Shown one piece after another: positions 19,903-29,790 of a stretch of 64,000 bases of DNA. Location: NCBI GenBank assembly GCA_963720465.1, contig OY970393.1:224001-288000 (forward strand). The letters are read 5' to 3'. Origin of the DNA: Methanobacteriota archaeon (GTDB lineage Archaea > Halobacteriota > Bog-38 > Methanoflorentales > Methanoflorentaceae). The number at the start of each line of letters is the position of its first letter. Positions within the stretch are counted from its first letter, which is position 1. The position numbers and the translations under genes are program-made. The notes under the pieces were generated by a model. That model was not told where the DNA came from, made no database searches, and saw only the letters and a list, made by a program, of their open reading frames with translations.

Positions 19903-20571
19903 CTAGAAGCGTCTGCCTGAAACTCGATCTAAGTCAAAGCTCGCTGTTTTCGCGATTGCCATCACGGCAAATGTTCCTGCCTGTATAGGATCAGTGACTA
20001 CTAGGTCCGCTATTTCCGGCACAGACCCCGCCATGTTCAGAGCAATGACCTTAAAACCCTCTTTTTGTAGCTTCTTGACCTCCTGAGCGATTTTTCCCCC
20101 CATAAGCGCTCCCGCGAGCACCAATATGCTTGCGCGATGCGTCCTAGATACTGCATTTACTGCTTTGGCTATATTGTCTTCGTCTACTATTGGCAATGTG
20201 TCAATGCTAATTCTCTCTCCGCGTATGTTATGTCTATCAGCTTCCGTAATCGCTCCGAGGGCTACTTGCGCGACCTGAGCGCCACCGCCGATTATAATGA
20301 TTCTGGAGCCCCAAATCTTCTCGAAAGGCTCATGAAAAGAAACGCTGTCGACCTCAGAGATGGCCTTAAGCTTTTTAGCCAAGTCTAGCACGCTTGAGAC
20401 GTTCACGATCTCCATATAGATTGCAGCCAAGCCCTGGTGTTTCCCCTTTGTGAGGATGAACTGCTGCGTGTATCGTATATTACCTTCAAAACGGGCAACT
20501 GCGGCGGCAACATCTCTCAAAACGCCCGGCTTGTCTTGGCATATCACATTTATCGCTGTTGAGTTCTCCAT
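19903..20571 (-). CDS. ACT-domain + DUF5612-type conserved archaeal protein
   Basis: N-term ACT (DKPGVL); GGGAQVAQVA.GA..EADRHNIRGERISIDT, DP.QAG. Confidence 0.8.
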   Translation of the reverse strand: MENSTAINVICQDKPGVLRDVAAAVARFEGNIRYTQQFILTKGKHQGLAAIYMEIVNVSSVLDLAKKLKAISEVDSVSFHEPFEKIWGSRIIIIGGGAQVAQVALGAITEADRHNIRGERISIDTLPIVDEDNIAKAVNAVSRTHRASILVLAGALMGGKIAQEVKKLQKEGFKVIALNMAGSVPEIADLVVTDPIQAGTFAVMAIAKTASFDLDRVSGRRF

Positions 20572-20577
20572 CGCGGG

Positions 20578-21612
20578 CTAGCTCCGGGCATCAGATCTGT
20601 TAAAGATATGTTGAGGGTCTATGATGCCTTCTTCGGTTATTATTCCCGTGATGAATTCGACGGGCGTCGCATCAAACGCGGGGTTTTCAACTTGCACAGC
20701 GCTCGGGGCAATTTGTTGCCCACCGCAGAATCTGAGTTCATTGGCATCTCGCTCTTCAATCTTGACGACGGAGCTTTCGTAATCAAAGGTTGATAACGGC
20801 GCGGCGACGTAGAATGGTATGCCATGGTTCTTGGCGCAGATCGCGAGCATATACGTTCCGACCTTGTTGTAAACTTCCGATCTAGTGATCCGGTCTGCCC
20901 CGACAATTACATGATCGATTTTTCCTTGCCTCATTATCCAAGCCGCCATGTTGTCGGCGACCAAGGTGGTTGGAATGTGGTCTTCGAGCAACTCAAACGC
21001 TGTGATGCGGCTGCCCTGGTTGAGTGGTCTTGTCTCACACACATATACGGCGATGCGCTTTCCTTCCTGTACTGCCGAGCGAATGATCCCCAAAGCAGTC
21101 CCCCAGCCTACGGTGGCGAGCCTTCCAGCGTTGCAGTAGGTCATGACGACGTCACCATCTTTCAACAAAGACGCGCCCACGACGCTTAAAGCCTTATTAG
21201 TGATCACATCTTCTTCTGCTATGTGTATCGCTTCGTCGAGCGCAGTTTCTCGGACTTCGTCAGATGTGATGCACGGCTCTATTGCTTTCAGAACGCGATC
21301 AACTCCATAAAACAGATTGGCGGCAGTTGGTCGTGTTGCTAGAATTGACCTTGCCGCCGCATGTACGTGGGTCTTTAGCTTAGATAGTGTGCGGGCTGTC
21401 GAGTTGTGTGCCGCAAGAGCAATGCCGTAGGCGCCGGCTGCGCCGAGAGCCGGCGCTCCGCGCACTTTTAATTTATTTATTGCGATAATGAGCTGATTGA
21501 TTGTTGTAATTTTGATGAGCTTATAGGCGATTGGAAGCTTTGTTTGATCGACTAACCTAATGGCGCCGCTGTCCCAGAAAATCGTTAGTTTTTCGGTAAA
21601 CTCCCGGTCCAT
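20578..21612 (-). CDS. mtnA: S-methyl-5-thioribose-1-phosphate isomerase
   Basis: DQTKLP, VRGAPALG, TRPTA.NL, CNAG.LAT, ETRPLNQG, GADRI, NKVGT, NPAFD.TP. Confidence 0.92.
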   Translation of the reverse strand: MDREFTEKLTIFWDSGAIRLVDQTKLPIAYKLIKITTINQLIIAINKLKVRGAPALGAAGAYGIALAAHNSTARTLSKLKTHVHAAARSILATRPTAANLFYGVDRVLKAIEPCITSDEVRETALDEAIHIAEEDVITNKALSVVGASLLKDGDVVMTYCNAGRLATVGWGTALGIIRSAVQEGKRIAVYVCETRPLNQGSRITAFELLEDHIPTTLVADNMAAWIMRQGKIDHVIVGADRITRSEVYNKVGTYMLAICAKNHGIPFYVAAPLSTFDYESSVVKIEERDANELRFCGGQQIAPSAVQVENPAFDATPVEFITGIITEEGIIDPQHIFNRSDARS

Positions 21613-21860
21613 ATTCTTTACTGGGAATTCAAGTTTACAAGCTTAACGGTGGCATATTACTCCAGAGCTCGTGCCAACGCCTCAAACGTTCGAGCGAACG
21701 GTTCTTTGCCTCCCTAAAACAGAACCTTCGTGAAAGCCTCTAATCCAAGCCGCGTGCTGGAATCTGGTGCGAAAAGTTAGTTATTTTCTTTTTTTGTACA
21801 ATTCATTATCCTATAACAACCATTAAATATAGGTGTAGTTAACTGTTTGCAGAAATCGTA

Positions 21861-22379
21861 ATGCTTGCAGATGATCTTATTCGGGCAACGTTTTCATCCG
21901 ACGAGGAGCTTAAGAGTACTCTTTTGCAAGCGATAAAAGAACTTGGATATACAGTTACGAAGTTTGCTGACATCTCAGGCGTATCATCAAGCACGCTTTA
22001 CAAAATTATTTCAGGAGAACGCGAACCAAATCTCAAAACACTCAGAGAGATCCTCCGAGCAGTTAGACGACTCGAAGGAGCCTCAAAAAAAGGCGATCTT
22101 ATCGCCGTCGTCGCTGCTAGGCCTGTGCTTGACAAGATAACGGAAAGGTCCATGATGATAGAAGGGAAAGAAATCGTAATCAGAGAGTATCCAGCAACGT
22201 CAATTGAAGAAGCTTTGATAGCAGCTATCCACGCTGAGCGCGACGGCGCGCTCGCATTAGTTTGCGCCCCGATCGTCAGTCCCACAGTTGAAAAAATTTT
22301 GCGCATCCCCGTCGCATCTATCATGCCACAGAATAGCCTGGTCGAAGCGATCAGACTCGCAGCACGGAAAATCGGCTGA
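21861..22379 (+). CDS. XRE-type HTH transcriptional regulator with C-terminal alpha/beta domain (COG4800-like)
   Basis: HTH (SGVSSSTLYKIISGEREPNLKTL); IAVVAAR..L, AERDGA..LVCAPI. Confidence 0.8.
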   Translation: MLADDLIRATFSSDEELKSTLLQAIKELGYTVTKFADISGVSSSTLYKIISGEREPNLKTLREILRAVRRLEGASKKGDLIAVVAARPVLDKITERSMMIEGKEIVIREYPATSIEEALIAAIHAERDGALALVCAPIVSPTVEKILRIPVASIMPQNSLVEAIRLAARKIG

Positions 22380-22584
22380 CTGGTGTAACGCGGCAACTTC
22401 GTTCAATCGGCAAGCAGCGTATTTCTTAGGCGTGTAACTCAATCAGGGCGTCTTCGAGGCTAAAAGTGCCTGGTGGGGCCCTACGCTCTTGATCGCCGAG
22501 CAAATTCCTTGCGCTCGCGCGTAGCTTTGCACGAGGTGGCGCAATCTGCGGGCAACGAAGCGAATGCAGTGCGATTTGCGCGAC

Positions 22585-23061
22585 TCAAATCAAGTATGTC
22601 GCGATATCGCTATCGATGATGCTCTCGCAGTAGCTGCACCGAAGGACAAACGAATCTAGAACTCTAAACTTAGAATAGATCGGCTCTGCGCTATTTGAAA
22701 TGCAATTTAGATTCGGGCAGCGAACGACGTGGGTTATCAAATCTGGTAAGACGACTAACTTCTTTTGTACCACTTCGTAGTCGCGTATGATGTTGATCGT
22801 CGCCTGCGGGGCTATAAGCGCAATTTTGTCTACTTCTGCCGGGACTAGCTCCCGGTCTTCGATCTTGACGATATCTTTTCGTCCGAATGCTAGCCTCTTG
22901 CTTGGCACATTCATGACCACGCTAACGATAGCTGTACTGATCCCAGTTATGCCGAGTATTCTGAGCACGTTAAGAGCGTTTCCGGCGGTGATATGGTCTA
23001 TGACAGAACCGTTTCGAATCGATCGGACTCTCAGTTCCTCCTTGTCTTTGTCTGGAATCAT
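22585..23061 (-). CDS. pyrI: Aspartate carbamoyltransferase regulatory chain
   Basis: [30 protein letters not shown]. Confidence 0.96.
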   Translation of the reverse strand: MIPDKDKEELRVRSIRNGSVIDHITAGNALNVLRILGITGISTAIVSVVMNVPSKRLAFGRKDIVKIEDRELVPAEVDKIALIAPQATINIIRDYEVVQKKLVVLPDLITHVVRCPNLNCISNSAEPIYSKFRVLDSFVLRCSYCESIIDSDIATYLI

Positions 23062-23960
23062 GTCGCACCATTCAAGAGTATCGCAAGCAACGCCATTCTT
23101 ACAGGGATCCCATAGAATGCTTGTTTGAAGTACTTCGCGTGTTTCGTTTGATCAACTTCTTGAGCTATTTCGTCTACGCGCGGCAGCGGATGCATGATAA
23201 TCAGATTATCGCGCACTCCCTCTAAAACTGGCAGCGTTATCTTATAGCTCTTGGCGACGCGCAAATATTCGTTTGGATCAGGAAATCGTTCTTTTTGTAT
23301 TCGCGTGACATAGAGCACATCCACGTCCCGAATGACCTCATCGATGTCCTCGGTTAATCTGACTGAATGTAGCGTACTAGCGATGTGCTTGGGCATTTGG
23401 AGCCCCTCTGGCGCTACAAGCGTGATGTTCGCATCGTACATATTTAAGGCATAGACTAGGGAATGGGCAGTCCGTCCGTATTTAAGATCTCCTAGCAAAG
23501 CTATGTCGAGGTCGTGTAAATGACTCTCCTTTTTTATCGTGAAGAGATCGAGAAGAGTTTGAGTCGGATGGTGACCTGCTCCATCGCCTCCGTTAATGAT
23601 GGGGACGCTTGATATCTCACTAGCCATTCGCGCTGCTCCTTCCCTCGGATGTCGCAGGACGATCGCATCTGCGTATTCACCCACTACTTTTATCGTGTCG
23701 GCAAGGGTTTCGCCTTTTAGCACAGAGCTCTCTTCCGAGGTTAAGCTTAAAGTAGAGCCGCCAAGCCGCTTCATTGCTGAGTCGAACGAAAGTTGCGTTC
23801 TGGTACTAGGTTCGAAAAAAAGTAGCGCCAATATTCGGCTTTGGAGCAGTCGCACGCCGGCTTTTGCGCACGGCATCATTTTTTCAGCATAGTCCAGCAC
23901 AAAGTCCACATCATCGCGCGTTAAATCTCGCATTGAAACGATGTGTTTTTGCTTGAACAT
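23058..23960 (-). CDS. pyrB: Aspartate carbamoyltransferase catalytic chain
   Basis: [35 protein letters not shown]. Confidence 0.97.
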   Translation of the reverse strand: MFKQKHIVSMRDLTRDDVDFVLDYAEKMMPCAKAGVRLLQSRILALLFFEPSTRTQLSFDSAMKRLGGSTLSLTSEESSVLKGETLADTIKVVGEYADAIVLRHPREGAARMASEISSVPIINGGDGAGHHPTQTLLDLFTIKKESHLHDLDIALLGDLKYGRTAHSLVYALNMYDANITLVAPEGLQMPKHIASTLHSVRLTEDIDEVIRDVDVLYVTRIQKERFPDPNEYLRVAKSYKITLPVLEGVRDNLIIMHPLPRVDEIAQEVDQTKHAKYFKQAFYGIPVRMALLAILLNGAT

Positions 23961-24056
23961 CCTATAATTATTGTTAACTGAAGCTTTTATAGTTTATCGA
24001 GTGTCTCTTATCTGCTTACAAGTGCCTCCTCCGGTGTTGCGGTTGGCACATATGTG

Positions 24057-25112
24057 TCATAGGCGTTTGATCACAGCCTCTACTTCCCGTCTGTAAGCTT
24101 CTTGACTGCAGCCACATATATAAGCTAGAGTCATGGCTCCCCCTGCCCCTACGCCTTCTTTCACCTCTCCCTGCTCATATTTCTGAAGCGCACCAACCGA
24201 GCTTTTTGAGAACCCTGGATCGGCGCTAAACGCATCTACGTCTAATGCAGTAACTAACTTTACAAACTGAGCCGGACGATCGTCAAAGACGTACTTTGTC
24301 GTCGCTATTACAAGGTCGGTGGAAACGTTGAGTGCACGTAACGCGGCTGCAACTGCACCCATTTGCGTTCCACCTGCTAAGATAACTTCTTTTCCGGAGC
24401 GCAGGAAACCCTCGGTGAGTCCGACCGCACAAGGCATCATTGGATCACCAAATAGTTCAATAGCTCGCATGGGATCGTTTCGTAAGTCTCCTGGATTAAT
24501 AGAAGCGCGGCGCATCGCCTCGCGTACGACTTTTTGTTTTAAAGCGATCGGATTCGTCGCGAAGCTGCTGCTCACGTTAGCGGTGAAGCCAAGCGCTCGT
24601 AGCACGCACAGCGCGGTGGTTGTGCCTCCAGGAATTGTCTCTCCTATTACTGCTAAATCGCAGTCACAGTACGCAGCGAGCTTTTTAGCAGCCTTTTGGA
24701 TTGAGTAAGCGTCGGGCACTGCTGGCGCAAATCGGATGTCGCTGCCGTGTTTCGTTCGCAGGTCGTAGTAGGGGACCCCGGGCACAATCTTCAAGCCTGA
24801 GTTTATTAGAAGATGTGCACTTTGTGACAGATTAAGGCCGGCACGTGTGAGAACGGCAGGAGTGACGGCTCCAGACGGTGCATTAGGCATTACTCCAATC
24901 GTTTTCAGTTTTCCATTGGAGACAATTTCAGCGTCAGCAGCCGGCGTGTATTGGATGTAATCTTCAGCGCTTCCAGCCCCTGATATGCCGGGAATCGTCG
25001 CCGTATCCGAATTGGAGAGAATCAAAATGAAAAGCGGGCGCTCAACGCCGCTATACCTTTTCCTAATGTCTAAAGGTCGCCCTGAACCGTTGTGGCAGTT
25101 AGTTACCCACAT
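24057..25112 (-). CDS. cobT: Archaeal-type nicotinate-nucleotide:DMB phosphoribosyltransferase
   Basis: PGISGAG, TPAADAE, GETIPGGTTTAL, LAGGTQM, VKEGVGAGG. Confidence 0.88.
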   Translation of the reverse strand: MWVTNCHNGSGRPLDIRKRYSGVERPLFILILSNSDTATIPGISGAGSAEDYIQYTPAADAEIVSNGKLKTIGVMPNAPSGAVTPAVLTRAGLNLSQSAHLLINSGLKIVPGVPYYDLRTKHGSDIRFAPAVPDAYSIQKAAKKLAAYCDCDLAVIGETIPGGTTTALCVLRALGFTANVSSSFATNPIALKQKVVREAMRRASINPGDLRNDPMRAIELFGDPMMPCAVGLTEGFLRSGKEVILAGGTQMGAVAAALRALNVSTDLVIATTKYVFDDRPAQFVKLVTALDVDAFSADPGFSKSSVGALQKYEQGEVKEGVGAGGAMTLAYICGCSQEAYRREVEAVIKRL

Positions 25113-25162
25113 GACTCCGAATCCTGTGCACCCTTTTTGGTTACACCAGCGCGGCCGTTTCT

Positions 25163-26431
25163 CTATTGAAGCCGCGGGAGAGTGAGCGCTCCGTACGGCA
25201 TGACTGTAATTCGGGCATCTGGCCCATACTTTCGCGCTGTTTCCCGTAGAGCATCATCCAAATCTCGTGCGCAGAGTAAAAATGCGCGCTCCACAATCTC
25301 TTCTTGAAGCTCAGACACGAGATAAACATCGGCTTTTTGGGTGAGCTTAGCCAGAATTCCGGCCTTATGTCCGCCGATTTCGAATGCGTAGTCGAGCCTG
25401 TCAACAAGCTCCTGTTTGCTATGAGCTTCGTTAATCCATCGTTCAAACACTTTTTCACCCAATCCTTCTGGACACTCGGCCGCCAGCACGATCGCGCCAC
25501 CCTCCTTCATCGCGTATTTCGCATTGTCTAGCGCTTTCTGTGCTTGAAAGAGGTTTATATCCTTGGGTGTACCTCCAGCTGAAACGAGCACGACATCAGC
25601 GAGTTCGGTAATCGGAATTATGTACATCGAATCAACGACTTTGACGCCTTCGCGGTGCGCTGCAATGGGATCACCTGCCACAGCTTTTACGATCTGCTTT
25701 TTTGAGTTAAGCACGACGTTTACGAGAAAGTCGCATCCGATCAACTGGCCCGCCTCCTCTAGATCTTTTCTTACAGGGCTGTCTAGCCTTCCGGCGGTCG
25801 CGTTTGGCTGTAGCATAAGTTTATGATTGGCTTCAATAGTCTCTCGCGCGCAGATGCCAGGGAGCAGTGACTTGTATCCGCCGCTGTATCCTGCAAAGTA
25901 GTGGAGTTCAACCGCTCCCAGGCAAATTCTCACATCGGAGTCTAGAGCCAGTGTGTTGGCATGAACACACGTGCCTCGCGACGTTGTTCCTACAAAAGCG
26001 CACTCATTCGCGTCGTGGTTGACGCAATGGTAATTGTCAAAGACATCATCGCCCACGAGCGTTCTCATCTCTGGTTCGGATAACGTCCTGTGAATTCCCA
26101 GAGCAAACAAAATCGTCACCGAATCTTCAGGTATCCCGCCTTTGTGCAGGTCTCTTAAAACATGAGGAAGCAACTTCTTGGTCGGCGTCGGCCTCGTTAT
26201 GTCACTCACGATGATGACGGCGGTCAAGTCTTTTTTGGAGGCCTTGCGCGTTGACACGATTTCGTGGAGCATGGGTGTCTCAAGAGGATGTTGCATCGCG
26301 CGGACAATCTCACTTTCTTCATCTCCAGCCTCGATTTCCTTTGGTTGTATTACTTGAATGAGGTTTCTTTTGTTTAGCGTTGCGGCGGTTTTTCGGTCTC
26401 CGTATTTGAGAGTCACCCGAGATTTGCCCAT
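25163..26431 (-). CDS. larA: LarA-family nickel-pincer hydroxyacid racemase/epimerase
   Basis: SDITRP, GIHR, HYFAGYSGG.KS..PG, NH, D.NLFQA.KAL, ECPEG.G. Confidence 0.88.
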   Translation of the reverse strand: MGKSRVTLKYGDRKTAATLNKRNLIQVIQPKEIEAGDEESEIVRAMQHPLETPMLHEIVSTRKASKKDLTAVIIVSDITRPTPTKKLLPHVLRDLHKGGIPEDSVTILFALGIHRTLSEPEMRTLVGDDVFDNYHCVNHDANECAFVGTTSRGTCVHANTLALDSDVRICLGAVELHYFAGYSGGYKSLLPGICARETIEANHKLMLQPNATAGRLDSPVRKDLEEAGQLIGCDFLVNVVLNSKKQIVKAVAGDPIAAHREGVKVVDSMYIIPITELADVVLVSAGGTPKDINLFQAQKALDNAKYAMKEGGAIVLAAECPEGLGEKVFERWINEAHSKQELVDRLDYAFEIGGHKAGILAKLTQKADVYLVSELQEEIVERAFLLCARDLDDALRETARKYGPDARITVMPYGALTLPRLQ

Positions 26432-26583
26432 ATAGGGACTGATAAGTATTTTTTAGTATATCAATATGCAACGCCCCAGAGAAGCTGTTCAAAACAAGGA
26501 GAAGTAGTTTCATATAGAATTGTTGCCATAAAAAGAACGTAGTTGCGTTATATCGTATTGCGACGAAGTGGAGGAGCCTAAAG

Positions 26584-27858
26584 TTGTACAGATCGTATGC
26601 TGAGATGCCGAAAATCGAGCTTCCGGGCGATTTGGAGGTCAAGATTAGTGACAGCACCCTGAGAGACGGGTCCCAAATGCCGGGCATCGTATTAAAGAAA
26701 GCACAGAAGCTTAAGATATTCGAGTTTTTGCACGAAATGGGCATAGAAAAGCTCGAGTGTTTTGTTTTCAATGAGAGAGACCGCAGCTTAGCCCGGGATA
26801 TGCTCGATTGCAATTATGATCATCCAGAAATCACAGGGTGGGCGCGCGCCAACGTCGCCGATATTGATATGAACCTTAGCATGGACGGCATAAACGAGGT
26901 AGGCATTCTGATGTCCATATCGGACACGCACATTTTCGACAAACTTGGCTTGAAGGATCGAGAACAAGCGCGCGACAAGTACGCCGAAGCTCTCCAATAC
27001 GCTGTCGATCACGGGTTGAAGGTACGATGCCATCTCGAGGATATTACGCGCGCCGATATCCCAAACTTCGTGATCCCTTTCGTCAAGGAATTGCTGGATA
27101 TTGCCCCTGACGCGATTTTTCGAATCTGTGATACTTTGAATTACGGCGTCCCGTTCGATGAGACTCCACTGCCGTACAGCATACCCAAGATCGTGCGTGC
27201 CTTCAAAGAGATCGGCGCCGAGGATCTCGAAATGCACGTTCACGATGACTTTGGACTTGGCGTTGCCAACACTTTGGCTGGGTACTGGTACGGAGCTAAC
27301 TGGTCGAGTTTGACGTTCATGGGCATAGGTGAACGGGCAGGAAATACCGAGCTTGAAAAGATTCTCACCTTTCTTTTTTGTCGCGTGAAGGGATTCGAAA
27401 AGTACAACCCTACACCAGTTACGGAGCTCACCCGCTATCTGGAACACGAGCTTGCTTTTAGACTCCCGCGAAACAAGGCCATTGTCGGCGAAAACATTTT
27501 CGCCCACGAAAGCGGCATACATACTGACGGCGTGTTGAAGAACCCTTTTACGTACGAGCCGTTTCCACCAGAGGTTGTAGGCGGACAGCGCGTGCTTCTC
27601 ATAGGAGACTCCTCTGGGAGGGAAGTAGTGCGCCACAAGATGCAGGAAGTCCTGAACGAGCTTCTGGGCGTCGAGGTGAACTTGAGGAAAAACGACCGCA
27701 GGATTAAGATGATCTGCAACGACATTCACAAACTTTACGATGAGGAGGCGCGCACGTCCAGCGTCTCAGATGATGAACTCAAGGAGTACGCGATTAAATA
27801 CTTCCTCACGACCGAGGAAGCGTTCCCGCCCTGGATTGCCCACACTCGTTACGAATAA
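26584..27858 (+). CDS. DRE-TIM metallolyase, Re-citrate synthase-like (IPM/homocitrate synthase superfamily)
   Basis: DSTLRDGSQ, RCHLEDITRAD, RICDTLNYGVP...LP.SIPKIV, HVHDDFG, GIGERAGNTELE, AHESGIH.DG..KN; lacks the LeuA regulatory domain. Confidence 0.75.
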   Translation: MYRSYAEMPKIELPGDLEVKISDSTLRDGSQMPGIVLKKAQKLKIFEFLHEMGIEKLECFVFNERDRSLARDMLDCNYDHPEITGWARANVADIDMNLSMDGINEVGILMSISDTHIFDKLGLKDREQARDKYAEALQYAVDHGLKVRCHLEDITRADIPNFVIPFVKELLDIAPDAIFRICDTLNYGVPFDETPLPYSIPKIVRAFKEIGAEDLEMHVHDDFGLGVANTLAGYWYGANWSSLTFMGIGERAGNTELEKILTFLFCRVKGFEKYNPTPVTELTRYLEHELAFRLPRNKAIVGENIFAHESGIHTDGVLKNPFTYEPFPPEVVGGQRVLLIGDSSGREVVRHKMQEVLNELLGVEVNLRKNDRRIKMICNDIHKLYDEEARTSSVSDDELKEYAIKYFLTTEEAFPPWIAHTRYE

Positions 27859-27971
27859 AAGCTAGGGGAGGAAGCAATACGAAGCAGTGCCGCTACCGAA
27901 GGCGTGAGCGTGTCCTGCTCGGATCGGAAAGCTTAGATTTTTACTCTTGCGTCCTCGCCGGCGAAGGCATT

Positions 27972-28163
27972 ATGGTTCACGAAGTACAGTGCGATGAGTG
28001 CACGATCGAAACGTTGCGTGAAAGCTTCGATTGTCGGCACATGTCTCCGAAAAAGCGCTTCGTGAGCGGGGGACATTCTCAAGAGTGCGTGAGCTGCAGC
28101 AAGAAAGGTCTCTTGTTAGACCAAAGCCGCAGCGCGTGCGCAGCTTGTCCAGAAAAGGAATAA
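27972..28163 (+). CDS. Hypothetical 63-aa Cys-rich protein (three CxxC)
   Basis: CDEC, CVSC, CAAC plus one more Cys; T-rich TATA-like stretch about 30 nt upstream; fills a gap with no other gene. Confidence 0.45.
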   Translation: MVHEVQCDECTIETLRESFDCRHMSPKKRFVSGGHSQECVSCSKKGLLLDQSRSACAACPEKE

Positions 28164-28194
28164 CGCTTTGGTCGGTCGCGTCAAGGAGCTCGGT

Positions 28195-29211
28195 CTAGGC
28201 CCCCTCAACTTTTTCGATGAGGCAATCGGTCACTTGGCTCGTTCTGAGAGCGCCTCCGAGGTCGTACGTCGTTTTGCCTTCGGCAACAGTCTCTTGGAGA
28301 GCGTTGAATATCATCGCGGATTCGCGTTTCAAGCCCAAGTAATCGAGCATCCACGCTCCAGCAAGTACGGTGGCGGTGGGATTCACCTTGTCAAGGTTTT
28401 GATACTTGGGGGCTGAACCGTGGGCGGGTTCAAACATGGCATAAGTGTCGCCGAAATTCGCCGAGTAAATCATTCCAATGCTCCCGACCAGCGCCGCACA
28501 CTCTTCACTTAGTATGTCCATGAAGAGGTTAGTAGACAGTAATATCGATTTGTTGAATATCTGCGGATTTTTCACGAGTTGTTGTGCGACGTTGTCCACG
28601 TGGTACTCCCAGAGTCCAATGTTTGAGAACTCACTTTTTATCTCGCGGACGGCTTGGAGAAAAGCGCCGTCCGTCTGCTTTAGTATGTTACTCTTGTGGA
28701 TAGCGACAACAGTTGTCCAGCTTCGCTTGTCCGCCTCTATAAAAGCGAAGTGAGCTATTCTTCGACTCGCCGATTTCGTGATTTTCCGTAGGGCGACGTA
28801 CATGTCTCCCGAGAGCTGCACTTCACTGCCCGCGTACATGCCTTCAGTCGCTTCACGCACGCACACAAAGTCGACATCTCCAAGAGGACGGGGGGTATTG
28901 GGAAACGTTCGTATCGGACGAACGTTTGCAAATAGGTCCTTTTCCTGTCTAATGGTAACGGCGACACTGCGCGGGGAACCAGGCCCCCCAGGTGTTGTGG
29001 TCGGCCCTTTGAAACAGGCTTGAGTTGAGTTGATTACGTCCCAGGTCTCATTGGGAATTAATGAGTTTCCTGCGTGAGACTCGTACCAATCGCTTCCCGC
29101 GTGACAAGGGATCATATTTACGGGCGCTCCGGTAGCAGTGACGATTCGCATCATTGCTTTGACCAGTTCAGGTCCAACTCCATCTCCCAATATAACGGCT
29201 ACTTCTTGCAT
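28195..29211 (-). CDS. Isocitrate/isopropylmalate dehydrogenase family, IDH-like
   Basis: GDGVGPE, KGPTTTP..RSVAVTIRQ, REATEGMY, HKSNILK, NLFMDILS, FEPAHGSAPKY. Confidence 0.88.
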   Translation of the reverse strand: MQEVAVILGDGVGPELVKAMMRIVTATGAPVNMIPCHAGSDWYESHAGNSLIPNETWDVINSTQACFKGPTTTPGGPGSPRSVAVTIRQEKDLFANVRPIRTFPNTPRPLGDVDFVCVREATEGMYAGSEVQLSGDMYVALRKITKSASRRIAHFAFIEADKRSWTTVVAIHKSNILKQTDGAFLQAVREIKSEFSNIGLWEYHVDNVAQQLVKNPQIFNKSILLSTNLFMDILSEECAALVGSIGMIYSANFGDTYAMFEPAHGSAPKYQNLDKVNPTATVLAGAWMLDYLGLKRESAMIFNALQETVAEGKTTYDLGGALRTSQVTDCLIEKVEGA

Positions 29212-29253
29212 TGCCTCACCAGAATGGTTCAGTTGTCAAAAACGCTGAATTGG

Positions 29254-29766
29254 CTAATCCGTGAATCCGCCACGGGTGTCCAAGTATTGCATTAGTCCGC
29301 CTTTCGCTAACAATTCTTGCATGAACTGTGGAATGGGCTTGAAGTGATACTCAGCATTTCGATTCTCGCTTCGAATCACCCCTTTACCGAAATCTACGTT
29401 AAGCATCTCGCCTCGGGTCACGTTGTTTGAGATGCTTTCGCACTCCACCAATGGAAGGCCGATATTGAAGCCATTTCGGTAGAATATACGTGCGAAAGAG
29501 TCGGCGATGACGCAGGAGATGCCACAAGCTTTGAGAACCTGTGGCGCTTGCTCTCGTGACGAGCCGCACCCGAAGTTCGCCCCAGCAACCAGAATTGGAT
29601 CTTTCAAGCGCTTGCAATCATCATAAAAGTGCGTATCGAGTGATTCAAACGTGTGCCGAGCGAGCTTATTCAAGTCGAGCTCATCATATTTGTATTTGCC
29701 AGCAATAATCTCATCTGTGTTGGTATCACTAGGAAATACTCGGACAACTTTCCCCTCAATTTTCAT
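29254..29766 (-). CDS. LeuD/HacB-type aconitase-family small subunit
   Basis: [31 protein letters not shown]. Confidence 0.92.
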   Translation of the reverse strand: MKIEGKVVRVFPSDTNTDEIIAGKYKYDELDLNKLARHTFESLDTHFYDDCKRLKDPILVAGANFGCGSSREQAPQVLKACGISCVIADSFARIFYRNGFNIGLPLVECESISNNVTRGEMLNVDFGKGVIRSENRNAEYHFKPIPQFMQELLAKGGLMQYLDTRGGFTD

Positions 29767-29790
29767 GTTTCCCTCTATCGAGAATAGCCT

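Noticed and set aside
26788-27729. 313-aa antisense ORF and the many other shadow ORFs in the track
   Set aside because: They lie opposite or within well-supported genes and lack recognisable motifs; expected from codon bias.
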